A DNA stretch of 32,000 nucleotides from Longivirga aurantiaca. GTDB lineage: Bacteria; Actinomycetota; Actinomycetes; S36-B12; CAIYMF01. Location: positions 480,001 through 512,000 of the forward strand of contig NZ_JBHSTI010000002.1 in assembly GCF_042660085.1 (NCBI RefSeq). The letters are read 5' to 3'. The translations under genes were made by a program, and so were the position numbers. Under the pieces are notes generated by a model. The model was not told where the DNA came from and searched no databases. It worked only from the letters and a program-made list of their open reading frames with translations. Positions 31,109 to 32,000 of the stretch are shown piece after piece; within the stretch, counting starts at the first letter, position 1; every line of letters begins with the position of its first letter.

Positions 31109-32000
31109 CCGGCATCGTCCAGACCAGCCAGAAGCGGCTCGTCCTCATCGGGGGCCGCTCGCACCCCGAGCTCTCCGAGCACGTGGCGAAGGAGCTCGGC
31201 GTCGAGCTCGTCGACACGCAGGCGTACGACTTCGCCAACGGCGAGATCTTCGTGCGCTTCGAGGAGTCGGTGCGAGGCTGCGACGCGTTCGTGCTGCAGA
31301 GCCACACCGAGCCGATCAACAAGTGGATCATGGAGCAGCTGCTCATGGTCGACGCGCTCAAGCGCGCCTCGGCCAAGCGCATCACCGTGGTCATGCCGTT
31401 CTACGGCTACGCGCGCCAGGACAAGAAGCACCGCGGCCGCGAGCCGATCTCGGCCCGCCTCATCGCCGACCTGTTCCGCACCGCGGGCGCCGACCGCCTC
31501 ATGGCCGTCGACCTGCACACCGCGCAGATCCAGGGCTTCTTCGACGGCCCCGTCGACCACCTCTTCGCGCTGCCGCTGCTGGTGAAGTACGTCGCCCAGC
31601 ACATCGACCGGAACGAGATCACCGTCGTGTCGCCGGATGCCGGGCGCGTGCGCGTGGCCGAGCGCTGGACCGACCTGCTCGGCGCACCGCTGGCGATCAT
31701 CCACAAGCGTCGCGATCCGGACGTGCCCAACGAGGCGAAGGTCTTCGAGGTCGTCGGCGACGTCGAGGGCCGCATCTGCGTCGTCATCGACGACATGATC
31801 GACACCGGCGGCACGATCGTGAAGGCGGCCGAGCAGCTCTTCGAGAACGGTGCCAAGGACGTGATCGTCGCGGCGACGCACGCGATCCTGTCGGGTCCTG
31901 CCAAGGAGCGGTTCGAGAACAGCCGCGTGCGTCAGGTCATCGTGACCGACACGCTGCCGATCCCCGAGGAGCGCAGGTTCGACAAGCTCCTCGTGCTGCC
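31105..32000 (+). CDS. prs: Ribose-phosphate diphosphokinase (3' end outside the window)
   Basis: The GTG at 31105 overlaps the glmU stop (GTGA). My own translation reads [67 protein letters not shown]...[11 protein letters not shown]...[12 protein letters not shown]. It is absent from the ORF track because no stop lies within the window. Confidence 0.9.
   Translation, partial: MTGIVQTSQKRLVLIGGRSHPELSEHVAKELGVELVDTQAYDFANGEIFVRFEESVRGCDAFVLQSHTEPINKWIMEQLLMVDALKRASAKRITVVMPFYGYARQDKKHRGREPISARLIADLFRTAGADRLMAVDLHTAQIQGFFDGPVDHLFALPLLVKYVAQHIDRNEITVVSPDAGRVRVAERWTDLLGAPLAIIHKRRDPDVPNEAKVFEVVGDVEGRICVVIDDMIDTGGTIVKAAEQLFENGAKDVIVAATHAILSGPAKERFENSRVRQVIVTDTLPIPEERRFDKLLVL

Overview
High-GC actinobacterial chromosomal window; composition and gene set look Micrococcales/Cellulomonas-like, which is an inference. 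Most of it is conserved housekeeping DNA. The gene set matches the Mycobacterium tuberculosis Rv1002c-Rv1021 neighbourhood as I recall it: mfd, mazG, protein O-mannosyltransferase, rsmI, metG, tatD, rsmA/ksgA, ispE, an ABC-F ATPase, a TetR regulator, tRNA-Gln, glmU and prs. Several pairs are translationally coupled by 4-nt or 1-nt overlaps (mfd/lipoprotein, tatD/rsmA, ispE/ABC-F, glmU/prs). There are three accessory patches. (i) 1.2-5.7 kb holds an orphan modular acidic/Sel1-like protein, a small Imm-superinfection-family membrane protein, an SQR-like flavoprotein and a double-VOC protein. (ii) 12.5-16.7 kb is the most unusual part. It is a ~4.1-kb segment wedged between the convergent DUF885 and O-mannosyltransferase genes. 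It is bracketed by a perfect 19-bp direct repeat that contains the DUF885 stop codon, and each repeat copy is followed by a related long hairpin showing a compensatory stem change. It carries a REP13E12-type DUF222-HNH nuclease, a lipoprotein serine hydrolase and decayed gene fragments, but no recognisable integrase or transposase. (iii) 25.6-29.3 kb holds an FMO-type monooxygenase, a secreted beta-rich protein, MarR, GNAT and TetR. I found no CRISPR array, rRNA, intact IS or recognisable multi-gene defence system. Many long ORFs in the supplied track are antisense or out-of-frame artefacts of the high GC content. Functional calls rest on motifs I can read in the translations, and no database search was run.
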